DNA of 64,000 nt from an uncultured Planctomycetota bacterium (GCA_963823665.1 CAWGMQ010000008.1:1728001-1792000), one strand, 5' to 3'; shown: positions 52,428-62,902, numbered from the stretch's first letter. Translations and numbers: made by a program. The notes: generated by a model not told the origin, from the sequence alone.

Positions 52428-54728
52428 ATGACCCGATTGCTGCGCACGGCGTGCTTTCTGTTCACACTTTTTGGGCAGGCGTCAATCAGCCTAGGAGACG
52501 ATCCGCCCAAGCCGGGCGGGGATGTAACGAGGCTGGTCTACGGCGAGTGGCGCATCCGGGTGCGGCCGGACCAGGGGCCGGCGTACGACGCGCTCATTCA
52601 ACAATCGGGACTGCCGCTGTTTCGCGCTGCGGGGGGGCGGATGGTCGGCTGGTGGAAGACGCTCGTCGGGGACCTTTACGAGCACGTCACGATCTGGGAA
52701 TACGATGATATGGCGGCGTTCGAGAAGGCCGTCGGCTTCCTGTCGAAGAGCGCGGATTTTGCCAAATTTGTTGCAGCGCGCGACCCGCTGTTATCCGGCG
52801 AGGAGAGCCGATTTTTGCGGCTGGCCACATTCTGGGCGACGCGCCCGAGCCTGCCTGAGCCGGCGGCTTTTGTGGTGCACGAGATTCATCGGGTGCCACT
52901 TGCGCACCAGGCGGCTTACTTTGAGCACATGGGCAAGCAAGGCATCGGGTTTCTCAAAGCCAACGGTTATCGACCGGCTGGTCCGTGGGTCGCGGAGGTC
53001 GGGAAGTGGTCGGAGGTGACGTATCTCTACTCGTTCGACAGCCTGGCGCAGCGACAGCAGACAATGGAGAAGCTCCGTTCGGACCCGAGCGCTGCCGCTT
53101 ATTCGGAGAAGCTGCGGGAGTTCACCGAGGAGATCAGCTCGCGGTTGCTGATTCCGGCGGACTTTGCGCGAGCGCCGGCCGCGGGAGCGGCCACGAAGGG
53201 TGAGTCTTCTGCGCTGACATTGCCGCACCGGGAGGAGATTGCGCCGGGGGTGCATGTCGCGGGGTTTGCCGATCGTTACCACTCGGCAAATTGCGGGTGG
53301 GTCGCGCTCGCTAGCGAGACGCTGCTCATCGATCTGCCGCGGGGGATGGAGGTTGGTCACTTTTTGAAGCTTGTCGCCACCACGACGGGCAGGCCTGCCA
53401 GGACGGTCGTGTTGACTCATGCGCAGGACGGGGATTGGCCGATCCTCAGGTCGCTGCGAGAGCGAGGAGTCACCCGCATCGTGACGTCACCGCTGGTGCG
53501 CACCAAGCTGCTGGCGGGGCCGGGGGCGCTCGATCCCGGAATGGTCAAGGCGGTCGGCGAGCGATTGTCGCTCGGCGACGGGTCGATCGCGGTGGAATTC
53601 CTACCGATGGATGATGCCGCCGGGCTCGCGGGAGGGGCCGTTCATGTGGCCGGGCGGCGCGTTCTCTTTGTCGGGCCGCTTGTGGTTCATGGGCCGCGGG
53701 CGCGATTGCCCGGCACGAGGACAGGGCGCTGGGCGGACGCGCTGCGACAGCTTGAAAAGCTGGATCTCGCCGGAGTCGTTCCCGGGATCGGGACGTGGGG
53801 CGGGCCGGAGCTGCTGGTGCGGCAGCGGAGGTTCTTGACGGAGCTGAGGCGCCAGGTTGGATATCAGATCGCCCAGGGCCGGCCTCGTGTGGGACTGACG
53901 GACCGGATCTGCCTGCCGGCGGATTGTCTGGTCTGGACGCCGTACGGGAACCCGACCTCAGAGGACATCGAGCACGTTTATACCGAGCTCACGGTTCCGA
54001 GCGCGCCGTTTGAGGGCCGCGAGCCCGGTGGCTCGCATTCGCGGCCGCACGCGCTTGTACTGATCGGGGATGGGCCGCACGAGCCGGGGCATCTCGAGGA
54101 GGGGCTGCGACCGGTGTTCGAGTCGACGGGAGTGGTTGCGCATTTCACGGTTGACGTTCGAGCGCTCTCGGCCGAGAACCTTGCGAAGGTGGGATTGCTC
54201 GTGATCCTGCGCGACGGGTTGCAGCGGCCGGGGGCGGATGCGCGATCGTATTACAAATGGATGACGCCCGAGCAAGAGCGGGCGGTCGTTTCATTTGTTG
54301 AAGGAGGCGGGGGCTTCTTGAACCTGCATAATTCGATGGGGCTTTATCCGGAGCATGGGCCTTATCTCGAGCTCGTCGGTGGACGGTACATCGGCCATGG
54401 GCCGCTGGAACGATTTCGCGTCGAGGTTGTCGACTCGGGGCACCCGGTCACGCGTGGTGTGAGCGGGTTTTTCACGGCCGATGAGCAGCATACTCCTCCC
54501 TATGATGAAGGGCGCGTGCATCTGCTGTTGCGCAATTGCTCGGATGATGGTAAGTCTGCCGCGGCCGGATGGGTGCGCGAGGTGGGGCGCGGGCGGCTTT
54601 GCCATCTGGCGAACGGGCATACGCTCGAGGCGCTGCTGCATCCTATGTATCAGCGGCTCATGTGTAATGCGGTTCGGTGGTGTTTGCGGCTGGATGACAA
54701 GGCTGTGGCGGCAACAGTTGTGAATTGA
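52428..54728 (+). CDS. Fusion protein: 2x NIPSNAP-like, degenerate MBL fold, ThuA (class I GAT-like) domain
   Basis: Signal peptide; GWWKTLVGDLYEHVTIWEYDD and GPWVAEVGKWSEVTYLYSFDSL; ANCGWV..LIDLP..LTHAQDGD; FVEGGGGFLNLHNS..HPVTRGV..GRLCHLANGH. Confidence 0.8.
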   Translation: MTRLLRTACFLFTLFGQASISLGDDPPKPGGDVTRLVYGEWRIRVRPDQGPAYDALIQQSGLPLFRAAGGRMVGWWKTLVGDLYEHVTIWEYDDMAAFEKAVGFLSKSADFAKFVAARDPLLSGEESRFLRLATFWATRPSLPEPAAFVVHEIHRVPLAHQAAYFEHMGKQGIGFLKANGYRPAGPWVAEVGKWSEVTYLYSFDSLAQRQQTMEKLRSDPSAAAYSEKLREFTEEISSRLLIPADFARAPAAGAATKGESSALTLPHREEIAPGVHVAGFADRYHSANCGWVALASETLLIDLPRGMEVGHFLKLVATTTGRPARTVVLTHAQDGDWPILRSLRERGVTRIVTSPLVRTKLLAGPGALDPGMVKAVGERLSLGDGSIAVEFLPMDDAAGLAGGAVHVAGRRVLFVGPLVVHGPRARLPGTRTGRWADALRQLEKLDLAGVVPGIGTWGGPELLVRQRRFLTELRRQVGYQIAQGRPRVGLTDRICLPADCLVWTPYGNPTSEDIEHVYTELTVPSAPFEGREPGGSHSRPHALVLIGDGPHEPGHLEEGLRPVFESTGVVAHFTVDVRALSAENLAKVGLLVILRDGLQRPGADARSYYKWMTPEQERAVVSFVEGGGGFLNLHNSMGLYPEHGPYLELVGGRYIGHGPLERFRVEVVDSGHPVTRGVSGFFTADEQHTPPYDEGRVHLLLRNCSDDGKSAAAGWVREVGRGRLCHLANGHTLEALLHPMYQRLMCNAVRWCLRLDDKAVAATVVN

Positions 54729-54736
54729 AGTTGAGA

Positions 54737-54854
54737 TTGCCGCAGAGCGGCAACCGGAGCGTTCCCACGCAGAGCGTGGGAACGAGGGAGCACGCGATGG
54801 AGCGGCGTGCGGGGCGCGGGCATGGGGAGAGAGCGCACTTTCGCGGAGCGAAAG
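54737..54854. repeat. Intergenic cluster of REP-like hairpins (TTGCCGC-AGA-GCGGCAA; GTTCCCACGC-AGA-GCGTGGGAAC; CTTTCGC-GGA-GCGAAAG)
   Basis: Three perfect inverted repeats with 3-nt loops between convergent genes. Confidence 0.7.
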
Positions 54855-54863
54855 GCGACTTTG

Positions 54864-55985
54864 CTACGCGCTGACGATGAATTGTTTGCACTGGATGGCG
54901 TTCAGGCCGGAGCGCTGGTGGAAGGGGCGCGGCTCGGGCTGGGCGAAGCCGTTCTTATCGATGGTGCGGACGCGAAACTCGTAGCCGCCGGGTTTCAGAT
55001 TCTGGAGGCTGACGGACCAGAGTGCGACGCTGAAGCGCATGGGCCATTCTTTGGGCTTGCCTTCGGGGGTGAAGCCCCAGATCTGGGCTGGCTTGACGTC
55101 TTCGGGAAGGCCGCCGCCCCAGTTGGAGGGTGGAGGCTCGATGGTGCAGGGGCGCCACTGGGCTGTGTTCCAGGCGGGATCGTCGTCAGCGATTTGGCCG
55201 TGGGTACCGGCCTCGGGGCGAAGCCAGTATTCGATATGGTCCAGTCCAGGCCAACCGACCATTGCGGTTCCCTGGATCGTGAAGGGGCGGCTGGCGGGGA
55301 AGCTGCCGGGCTCGGGGTTGTCGATGTATGCGGCCGTCTTCAAGTAAGATTCGGGGTCATTGTTCTGAAGAGCGTAGGTGTCGTTGGCGCGATAGTCGTT
55401 CGTCAGCGTGATGTGCTGGAGCCATTTCACGGATTTGAAGCCGTGGGCCCAGGGAATGAGCATGCGCACCGGCCCGCCGCGCTCGAGCGGGATGGGCTGG
55501 CCGTTGAGCCGATAGGCGATGAACGGGGGCAATTCACCCGGCGGCGTATCGAGGACCTGGTTGATTCCGAGCGATGACTGGAACGTCTGGTTGGGGTCGT
55601 TGTTGTGAAAGCCCCAGTAGTAGACGCGGCGGACGTCGCGCATCTTGCCGGTGGTGCGTAGAACCTGGCGCAAGGGGACGCCCTCCCATAGCCCCTGACC
55701 AAGGGGCTGGGCGATGTTGTTGCATTGCATGGCTTTCAAGAACTTGACGCCGTGCTTTTTGCCGAAGGCAAGCAACGCGGGGAGATCGAGGGCGGTGCCG
55801 TCGGCGAGTTTCTTGGGGTGATCGATCTTGGCGACGCCCTCCGATTCGATCTCGAGGCGCCAGGTATCGGCGGTGAGCCGGGCCTTCGTGAGGGCCTCGC
55901 CGGTGAGCGTGTGAGGTTGGGGATTGCCGCGGCTGACGTCTGTGAAGTCGTCGGGATTCGTCAGGAACGAGCGACGGTCGGTCAT
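54864..55985 (-). CDS. Molybdopterin-dependent oxidoreductase (sulfite oxidase family)
   Basis: KAMQCNN (Mo-ligand Cys), WEGVPL, AYRLNGQPIPLERGGPVRM, GFKSVKWL, C-terminal Ig-like domain. Confidence 0.88.
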   Translation of the reverse strand: MTDRRSFLTNPDDFTDVSRGNPQPHTLTGEALTKARLTADTWRLEIESEGVAKIDHPKKLADGTALDLPALLAFGKKHGVKFLKAMQCNNIAQPLGQGLWEGVPLRQVLRTTGKMRDVRRVYYWGFHNNDPNQTFQSSLGINQVLDTPPGELPPFIAYRLNGQPIPLERGGPVRMLIPWAHGFKSVKWLQHITLTNDYRANDTYALQNNDPESYLKTAAYIDNPEPGSFPASRPFTIQGTAMVGWPGLDHIEYWLRPEAGTHGQIADDDPAWNTAQWRPCTIEPPPSNWGGGLPEDVKPAQIWGFTPEGKPKEWPMRFSVALWSVSLQNLKPGGYEFRVRTIDKNGFAQPEPRPFHQRSGLNAIQCKQFIVSA

Positions 55986-56018
55986 GGGAACTTCTCCGTG
56001 TGCGGCGCTGCGCGTTCT

Positions 56019-57368
56019 TCACGCGTGGTCGCCCGGGTGGATCCAGGGTCCGCGATAGGGGCGAGTGAGCAGGTCGTTGGCCTCTCCATCGCCGGAGACC
56101 TGACCGGTCTGGGCATCCCAGGTGAGTGCGCGGCCGAGTTTCATGGAGAGATTGGCGAGGATGCAGGTTGCGGTGGAAATATATCCTTCCTCGATATCGG
56201 CGACCGGGCGGGAGCGCGAGGCGATGGCGGCGAGGAGGTCTTTCATGTGGCCGCGGATCGCCGGTGCGACGTGGCGCTCGAGATCCTTCTCGGTCTTGTC
56301 CTCGGGAAACTGCTCGAGTTCCATGGTCACATCGCGGTGAATGGGAGTGCCGCCGCCGGAGGGGATGAAATCGTAGCCGTTGACGCTGGCTTTCAAGGTT
56401 CCCTTGTCGCCGTAGAAGGTGGCGCCCCAGGGGTATTTGGGGTCGGCTGGCTCGCCCCAGGTTCGATGCTGCCATACCACGTCGAGATCGCCAAAGTCGA
56501 ACGTGGCGGTCTGGGTGTCGGCGATGTTGGCCTTGGCGCCTTTCTGGACGAGGATGCCGCCGCTGGAGCTGACGCGCTTGGGCCAGCCGAGCTCGAGCAT
56601 CCAGCGGGTCATGTCGAGCATGTGGATGCACATATCACCCATGATTCCGTTGCTATATTCCATGAAGGCACGCCAGCCTCTGGGGTGGGCGATCGAGTTA
56701 TAGGGGCGGAGCGGGGCCGGGCCGGTCCACATGTTCCAGTCAAGGTAATCGGGGGGGTTGGAGTCTGGTGGGTTGGACGGGTTTCGCATGTGGTAGTAGC
56801 AATAGAGTTCGACCAGGCCGACCTTGCCGAGCTTTCCTTCGCGGATGATGCGGTCGCGGGCCTCGATCAAGTGAGGCGTGCTGCGGCGCTGGGTGCCGAC
56901 CTGCACGACTCTTTGGTGCTTGCGGGCGGCGGCGAGCATCGCCTTGCCCTCGTTCACGTCGATGCTAATCGGCTTCTGGACGTAGATATCAGCGCCGGCC
57001 TCGACGGCGGCGATCATCGGGAGGGCGTGCCAGTGGTCGGGGGTGGCGATCAGGACGATGTCGAGGTCTTTTTCTTTGAGCATTTCGCGATAGTCGGCGT
57101 AGGTGCGAGGGGTCTTCTTCGACGCCTGGCGCTGGGCGACCAGATCGGCGGCATCGGCGAGCATTTTCTTGTCGACATCGCAGAGCGAGACGACCTCGAC
57201 GGGGGCAACCTGGATCAGGCGGAGCAGGTCGGCCTTGCCGTACCAACCGCTGCCGATCAAACCCACCCGCTTGGCTTCGCGGCCCTCGAAGGCCGGAGCG
57301 TGTTTACCCCCGATCGAGAAAGCCAGCCCCGTGGCCGATGAGGCCGCCAGGAAATCGCGACGGTTCAT
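56019..57368 (-). CDS. Gfo/Idh/MocA oxidoreductase with Tat signal
   Basis: MNRRDFL, GLIGSGWYG, IATPDHWH, YVQKP, QVGTQRRS. Confidence 0.92.
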   Translation of the reverse strand: MNRRDFLAASSATGLAFSIGGKHAPAFEGREAKRVGLIGSGWYGKADLLRLIQVAPVEVVSLCDVDKKMLADAADLVAQRQASKKTPRTYADYREMLKEKDLDIVLIATPDHWHALPMIAAVEAGADIYVQKPISIDVNEGKAMLAAARKHQRVVQVGTQRRSTPHLIEARDRIIREGKLGKVGLVELYCYYHMRNPSNPPDSNPPDYLDWNMWTGPAPLRPYNSIAHPRGWRAFMEYSNGIMGDMCIHMLDMTRWMLELGWPKRVSSSGGILVQKGAKANIADTQTATFDFGDLDVVWQHRTWGEPADPKYPWGATFYGDKGTLKASVNGYDFIPSGGGTPIHRDVTMELEQFPEDKTEKDLERHVAPAIRGHMKDLLAAIASRSRPVADIEEGYISTATCILANLSMKLGRALTWDAQTGQVSGDGEANDLLTRPYRGPWIHPGDHA

Positions 57369-57410
57369 GGAGGTGATTCCTCTGATGGGTTTGGGTATGA
57401 TTACTGGATC

Positions 57411-57432
57411 GTCAGGCCAAAGCCTGACCTAC
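57411..57432 (-). repeat. GTAG-type REP copy
   Basis: gtcaggccaaagcctgacctac. Confidence 0.75.
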
Positions 57433-57487
57433 GATGCGCGAATCGCTTGGACCACAATAAATCGAAAGTTAACGGGAACCACTCGCG

Positions 57488-58138
57488 TTGTCCACGGGGC
57501 TGGTGGACACCGACCAGAACGCGCTTGCCGGCAAGCCGGAGTTCTGCGGGCTTCGGCGACCGCTGTCTCTTCCTCTCTCTACGAGTGACATTCTACTACC
57601 CGGGGGGAAGAACGGCGCGCTTGAACAGGTGGTGCCGGGAAACTGGCGGGGCACGATACAGAAGCATCGGTTACGGGCGAGTAATGACGTCGAGAGAAGC
57701 CGGAGGGTGATCCGTTTCCTTTTCAGGAACTGGCTGGCGCAGGTTGACAAGCCAGACGCGGAACGCGCACGGCGCAGGAGGGTCGAGGACTTCTGGCTGT
57801 ACGAGTTTGACCGATCCGTGCCCGATAAGGCTCGCGAGATCAGCCCCGAGACGATCGATCGGGCCATTGACGAGACGCTTTTCGCCCGATTGGTGTTCGG
57901 ACAGGATGACCGGGCCGCGAACATGAACCCCTCCGCCATTGGCGCGTGGGAAGGTGACGGCTTTTTTGCGCGTGAACGGAAGCGGCGGTCCGTGCTGCTG
58001 GTGAAGCTGGCGGCGGAGCTGTATCGGCGGGAGAAGGGGCGGGCGCCGGCAACCGCAGGGGAGTTGCTTGGGGGTTATCTCAAGGAATTGCCTGAAGGGA
58101 TCTCGGGCGACGACGCCATTCCGGCGCGCGTGGAGTGA
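57488..58138 (+). pseudogene. Probable C-terminal fragment of a planctomycete helical protein
   Basis: Ends LAAELYRREKGRAPAT..LLGGYLKELP; no clear start or RBS; begins just after a REP. Confidence 0.45.
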
Positions 58139-58149
58139 AGAACGAACGG

Positions 58150-59571
58150 TCAGGAGACGGGTGACGCGGAGAGGGGCTGCGCGCCTTGGCCGTTGCGCTC
58201 GAGGTCGGCTTGTGCCTCGGTGTCCGCCGCCGCAGAGATATGGGTGCGCAAGGGCGCCCTTGGGAGCGATCGTTCGGCGAGGACGATGGCGGCGGCGATA
58301 GTCCAGAGGCCGACCGGCAGCGTGACGTAGTGGGCGTAGGCATCGGCCGCGCCCAAAACCCAGCCCTGCGCGGGCAACAGCAGGAGAAGGGCATAGACGG
58401 ACCCGGCGAGCAGCGAGGCGGCGGCGCAGGACATGGCCATAACGACAACCATCGAACCGCCGCTCGAGACGAGAAATCGCCTGAACCCGACGAGCGAGCC
58501 CCAGATCGTGCCGCGGCTCCAGGCGACGATGCCGGCGAGCCCGGCCATCACCAGCCCGACGGCTTGAAGATCGGTCAGACCCCAGCCGAGCTGCCAGCGT
58601 ACGTAGCTACCGATGGGGGTGACATTGACCCAGGTCGGGAAGTAAGCGGCGCTCAACCATACGAAGCTCGCCAGATAACGCGAGGGCAAGACGAAGGCGC
58701 ATAGCATTGCGGAAGCGGGCATCAAGGCGATTGCCTCGCGGATGTCGAGCTTGTCTTCACCGGACCTCGTCAAGCCGGCGTTCCGAAGCTCTGTCAACAC
58801 CCAGCCGAGCAAGAAACCGTCGCAAATCAGCATCAAAATTGGTACACAGGCGGCCTCGACGACCAAGCAACCGCCCAGAGGCAAGTCACCACTGCCGGCA
58901 CCCCAGCCGACGGCCCGATAGAGTGCGTAGAGCGCCGCACTTCCCCAGATTGCCGTGGTCCAACGGCTGGCTGGCTGGGCCTTTGCTCCTTTTGCTGAGT
59001 AGTCGGTGGGGATGCCCCAGCCGGGTAATTCGAGGGACGCGCGGAACACGACGACGACGACGATCAAGAGGAGGGTCACGTTGTCGCCGAGCGCAGCGAC
59101 GTCGCGGAGGGGGGTGAGCCCGGCCAGGAGGCCTTGTTCGACGGCGAGCTCCCAGAGGGCGCGAGACTTGGTCAGGAGGGTGAGGTCGACGCGCCGGCCG
59201 TCGTCTCGCATGAACACCAGAGCCTGGGCGGCCGTCCAGCCGAGGACGGTGAATCCGATGACGACGGCGATCAAGCGACCGGCCTGCCAGACGCGCCAGG
59301 CGGCGTCTCGGACGAGCCTGAAGTGGCCGGGAAGGTCGAAGAGCTGCTTGAGGACCGCGAGGGGCCCCTGAAAGAGCAACGCCAGAACCAGAAGGGCAGC
59401 GAGTGGAGTGAGAAGAGCGAACAGCGGGTGATGAAAATCGGGAAGCGCCTGCGGGGACGACAGTGTGAGCCCGCCGAACCAGCGGCGCAGGGATGAGAGC
59501 GCCATGGAGGTGTTCGTGGCGGGCGCGGGTTGATTTTGCGCCCAGACGAAGGGGAGCGTCTGCCAATCCAT
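58150..59571 (-). CDS. Hypothetical polytopic membrane protein
   Basis: Long ORF with many hydrophobic helices. Confidence 0.75.
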   Translation of the reverse strand: MDWQTLPFVWAQNQPAPATNTSMALSSLRRWFGGLTLSSPQALPDFHHPLFALLTPLAALLVLALLFQGPLAVLKQLFDLPGHFRLVRDAAWRVWQAGRLIAVVIGFTVLGWTAAQALVFMRDDGRRVDLTLLTKSRALWELAVEQGLLAGLTPLRDVAALGDNVTLLLIVVVVVFRASLELPGWGIPTDYSAKGAKAQPASRWTTAIWGSAALYALYRAVGWGAGSGDLPLGGCLVVEAACVPILMLICDGFLLGWVLTELRNAGLTRSGEDKLDIREAIALMPASAMLCAFVLPSRYLASFVWLSAAYFPTWVNVTPIGSYVRWQLGWGLTDLQAVGLVMAGLAGIVAWSRGTIWGSLVGFRRFLVSSGGSMVVVMAMSCAAASLLAGSVYALLLLLPAQGWVLGAADAYAHYVTLPVGLWTIAAAIVLAERSLPRAPLRTHISAAADTEAQADLERNGQGAQPLSASPVS

Positions 59572-59760
59572 CAACCCTGCTCCCTAGGGTGACTCATGAG
59601 TCAACATCCCGCGCGGTGATTCTGGCGGCGCGTTCGAGGGATCAACTGGACCTCCCCGCTCGACGTGCGGCGCCGCCCGAGTTGGCGAAGCTCGTCACGT
59701 GCGACAATTGTACTCGACGTGAATCACGATGGCGAGAACGGACTCGAGCCTGGCCGGATT

Positions 59761-60267
59761 TCATTGAGCGGGGTCGCTTGCAGCGCGATCCTTGATGTAA
59801 TCCTTGAGGTAGCGCAGGAAGGTGGGGAGGCCGGCGCGATCCCACTCGGCCTCGATCGCTTCTTTGAGTCGCTGATTTTCGGCCTGAAGGTTGCGGAAGG
59901 CCTCGGCATCGATCGCGCAGAGATCGACGCCGGTCACCTGGTCGTGCGTGTTGACGGAGACCAGGAAACCGGCCTCATTGGGCCAGGCCTCGATCTGGAG
60001 CTTCATATGTGGGTAGCGATGGTTGCCCAGCCGCAGCGCGTAGATCGGGGATGGGCGACCGGGGGCTTTTCCGGCGCGCTCGAAGGGGGGCCCCTTCAAG
60101 AGAACGTCGGTCGTGCAGTCCTCGCGCCAGATTGTGCGGCGCACCACAGTTTCGGGAAGATCGCCGGAGGGATAGGCGAGTTTCAAATAGATCTCGGCGG
60201 CCTTGCGCAGGAGGTCGACGCGCAGCCCACGTAAGTCACAATGACCTGCCGCGCCCATTGGCTCCAT
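59761..60267 (-). CDS. Conserved hypothetical protein
   Basis: YALRLGNHRYPHMKL..VNTHD..GLPTFLRYL; start uncertain. Confidence 0.65.
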   Translation of the reverse strand: MEPMGAAGHCDLRGLRVDLLRKAAEIYLKLAYPSGDLPETVVRRTIWREDCTTDVLLKGPPFERAGKAPGRPSPIYALRLGNHRYPHMKLQIEAWPNEAGFLVSVNTHDQVTGVDLCAIDAEAFRNLQAENQRLKEAIEAEWDRAGLPTFLRYLKDYIKDRAASDPAQ

Positions 60268-60636
60268 GAGCAATTCCTGAGTTGCAGCCACGGGGTTACC
60301 CCTCATTGCTTCCCCAACTTGACTCAAATTCTCCGCAGACTCAATACCGATTGTCATACGACCCCTCGATTGGTGAGAGCGCGTGAGGACCGGTTGCATC
60401 GGGGAAGCGAACATGGTCGGGAGAATCGGGCGATAGCGGACGCGGACACCTCTATCTACAGAATGACGCTCGTATCTATAGGATGACGCTTGTCGCAGTA
60501 AACTGTGACCACGGCCCCACGGGGACGTGCCGGAAAGAGGGCACGGCGCGCAGTTCTCTACAGCTTTGACGACATTCGGGGGTGATTTGTTCGCCTCAGG
60601 GGCTGGCAAGAGGCGTTGCAGGGCGGCCGGCGCTGG

Positions 60637-61629
60637 TCAGCCCAAGGTTTCCATCGTGAGGGAGAACGTGTCGTGGCGGCCATGGGCGAGGAGGCGCAGG
60701 CCGGCGTCCTTGCCCTGCGGCTGGAGGTTGATCGCGTCGGTCGTCTGCGTGTAGGGCTCAACCGCAAGCACATCGGGCTTCCGCGGAGGCGTGTACACGA
60801 CCAGCTCGCGAATTCCGTCGTCGAACGTGAGCCGAAACTCGGCCTTTTTCTCCAGATCGACCAGCCGGGCCACACCGCGGCGATCCTGATACTGCAATCC
60901 GGTGAGAACGTCGTCGAGCTCGAGCCCATTCCGGGGCTTGCCTGTGCGAAAATCGAGCCTGGAATCGACCGGGCGGATCTCGCCGGTGGGCAGGAAATCC
61001 TTGAGGACCCAGTACCTGGACGCGGGCAAGATGACCTGGGTTTGCGCCGGATCGCCTCCCGGTGAAAACGGGAGACGAAAGTAAGGGTGGATGCCAAAAC
61101 CGTAAGGTAGATCGGCGGCGCCGGGGTTCGAGACAGTGACGGTCATGGAGAGCTTGCGGCCGGCCAAGGCGTAGGCGACCTGGAGCAGGGCATCGGCCGG
61201 CCAGAGTGAACGCGACTCGGGAGAGTGCTTGGAGATCTGGTAACTGGCGACGATACGAGCACTATCGTTACCGGCTTTATGCTCGATCACATCCCAGGCC
61301 GCGGTCATGGCGAAGCCGTGAATTGCGTTGGGGCCGTTGGTTGTGGGCAACTGGTAGGTGCGTCCTTCGAACGTGAAGCGTCCGTCACGGATGCGGTTGG
61401 GGAATGGGAAGAGGATCGGCGTGCCGTTGCCTGCGGGGTGGGCGGGCTGATCCGGGAAATCCGGAGATGCGACCAAGACCGGCCGGGGCTCTCCCGCGAG
61501 GGGGAGCCGGAGATCGAAAAGATTGAAACCATACGCGGGCAAGATGGATGCGGAGGCCCCGGTTGCATCGTCGTGGAGAGAGTAGACGGTCCTGCCAGCG
61601 TGGTCGCGGGTTTCGATTCGGAACGACAT
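60637..61629 (-). CDS. Aldose 1-epimerase family protein
   Basis: GTPILFPFPNRI, AIHGF, GFGIHPYF, LDDVL, VVYTP, AVEPYT. Confidence 0.9.
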   Translation of the reverse strand: MSFRIETRDHAGRTVYSLHDDATGASASILPAYGFNLFDLRLPLAGEPRPVLVASPDFPDQPAHPAGNGTPILFPFPNRIRDGRFTFEGRTYQLPTTNGPNAIHGFAMTAAWDVIEHKAGNDSARIVASYQISKHSPESRSLWPADALLQVAYALAGRKLSMTVTVSNPGAADLPYGFGIHPYFRLPFSPGGDPAQTQVILPASRYWVLKDFLPTGEIRPVDSRLDFRTGKPRNGLELDDVLTGLQYQDRRGVARLVDLEKKAEFRLTFDDGIRELVVYTPPRKPDVLAVEPYTQTTDAINLQPQGKDAGLRLLAHGRHDTFSLTMETLG

Positions 61630-61775
61630 CAGGACACCCCATTTCACGATTTGCGCCTTGTCCGGTGGGCGGACGGTGGCGCTTGACATGTCAACTCCAC
61701 CCGATTCGACCATGCCGGGCGCGCGATTGCAAACGGTGCGCGGGAGGATAAGATCGGGCCGCTGACCCGGCGGGC

Positions 61776-61798
61776 GGCACACGGAGTGTGCCTGCTAC
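61776..61798 (-). repeat. GTAG-type REP of a second family (GTAGCA-GGCACAC-TCC-GTGTGCC)
   Basis: Hairpin with 5' GTAG on the - strand. Confidence 0.6.
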
Positions 61799-61846
61799 AG
61801 AGGTCGGACGACTCTTTCCGCACTTTTCTTCTTGAGTGAGCTGCGC

Positions 61847-62902
61847 ATGGCCGACATTCCTGCATCGACTCTGATCGAATTTGCGACTGCACTCCTGGCC
61901 GGAGCGGGTGTACCGCGAGAGGATGCCGTGGTCGTGGCGACGAGCTTAGTCGGTGCGAATCTGCGCGGCCACGACTCGCACGGCGTGATGCGGGTGTTGC
62001 AGTACGTTGAATTCGTGGAGCGTGGCGAGATCCGGCCAGGCGTGGACCTTCAGGTCGTGCAAGAGACAGCCGCCATGCTGGTTTGCGACGGCCAGTGGGG
62101 CCTGGGACAGGTGCAAGCGCAGCGGCTGCTGGACCTTCTGGTGCCCAAGGCGAGGGTACTCGGAGTAGCGGTCGGCGCGGCGCGTGATTGCGGGCACATC
62201 GGCCGGCTGGGCGAATACGCCGAGCGCGCCGCGTCTCTGGGACTGATGCTGCTGGCGGTCGTGAACAATTGCGGAGGGTGGAAGCGAGTCGCGCCACCTG
62301 GCGGAATCGAGCCAAGACTGAGCACGAACCCGTTTTGTGCGTCTGTTCCGACCGAGGATCCCGATGCGCCGATCGTCGCGGACTTTTCCACGAGCGTGGT
62401 CGCCGAGGGGAAAGTGCGGAGGCATTACATCGGTCAGCGCCCTGTTCCCGAGGGATGGCTGCTGGATCACAGAGGCCAGCCGACGACGGACCCGGCGGTC
62501 CTTTACGAGCCGCCGCTGGGCACGATTCTTCCGCTGGGTGGAGCTCAATCATACAAGGGCTTCGGGCTGGCGCTGATTCTCGAGTTGTGGGCGGGGGGTC
62601 TTTCCGGCGGGCGGTGCAGTGATCCTGAGGTACGCGCGGTGGGCGGGAACAACATTCTGTTCGTGGTCTTCGACCCGGAGTTCTTCGCGGGCAAGGAGTA
62701 CGTGATCGGACAAGCAAGCCGGCTGGGTGAATTCATCCATGCGACGCCACGGCTCCCGGGCGTGGATGCAATTCTTTTGCCGGGAGAGCCCGAACGCATC
62801 ATGTTCGAGCGACGAAGCGTGGACGGAATTCCGCTCGACCCGCAACTTCGTGCCAAGTTGGCTCAACTCGCGCAGAGGCTGGGAGTTGCGCCTCTTGATT
62901 GA
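61847..62902 (+). CDS. Ldh_2 family (malate/L-lactate-type) oxidoreductase
   Basis: GHDSHG, DGQWGLGQV, HIGRLGEY, STNP, SYKGFGL, LPGEPE. Confidence 0.92.
   Translation: MADIPASTLIEFATALLAGAGVPREDAVVVATSLVGANLRGHDSHGVMRVLQYVEFVERGEIRPGVDLQVVQETAAMLVCDGQWGLGQVQAQRLLDLLVPKARVLGVAVGAARDCGHIGRLGEYAERAASLGLMLLAVVNNCGGWKRVAPPGGIEPRLSTNPFCASVPTEDPDAPIVADFSTSVVAEGKVRRHYIGQRPVPEGWLLDHRGQPTTDPAVLYEPPLGTILPLGGAQSYKGFGLALILELWAGGLSGGRCSDPEVRAVGGNNILFVVFDPEFFAGKEYVIGQASRLGEFIHATPRLPGVDAILLPGEPERIMFERRSVDGIPLDPQLRAKLAQLAQRLGVAPLD

Noticed and set aside
55960..55985. Tat signal in the sulfite-oxidase-like protein (MTDRRSFL)
   Set aside because: No hydrophobic h-region follows the twin arginines.
55725..57341. 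538-aa + strand ORF, and similar long antisense ORFs such as 45273-46814, 12578-13426, 50115-51179 and 20762-21667
   Set aside because: They lie opposite well-supported genes and are typical high-GC shadow frames without motifs.
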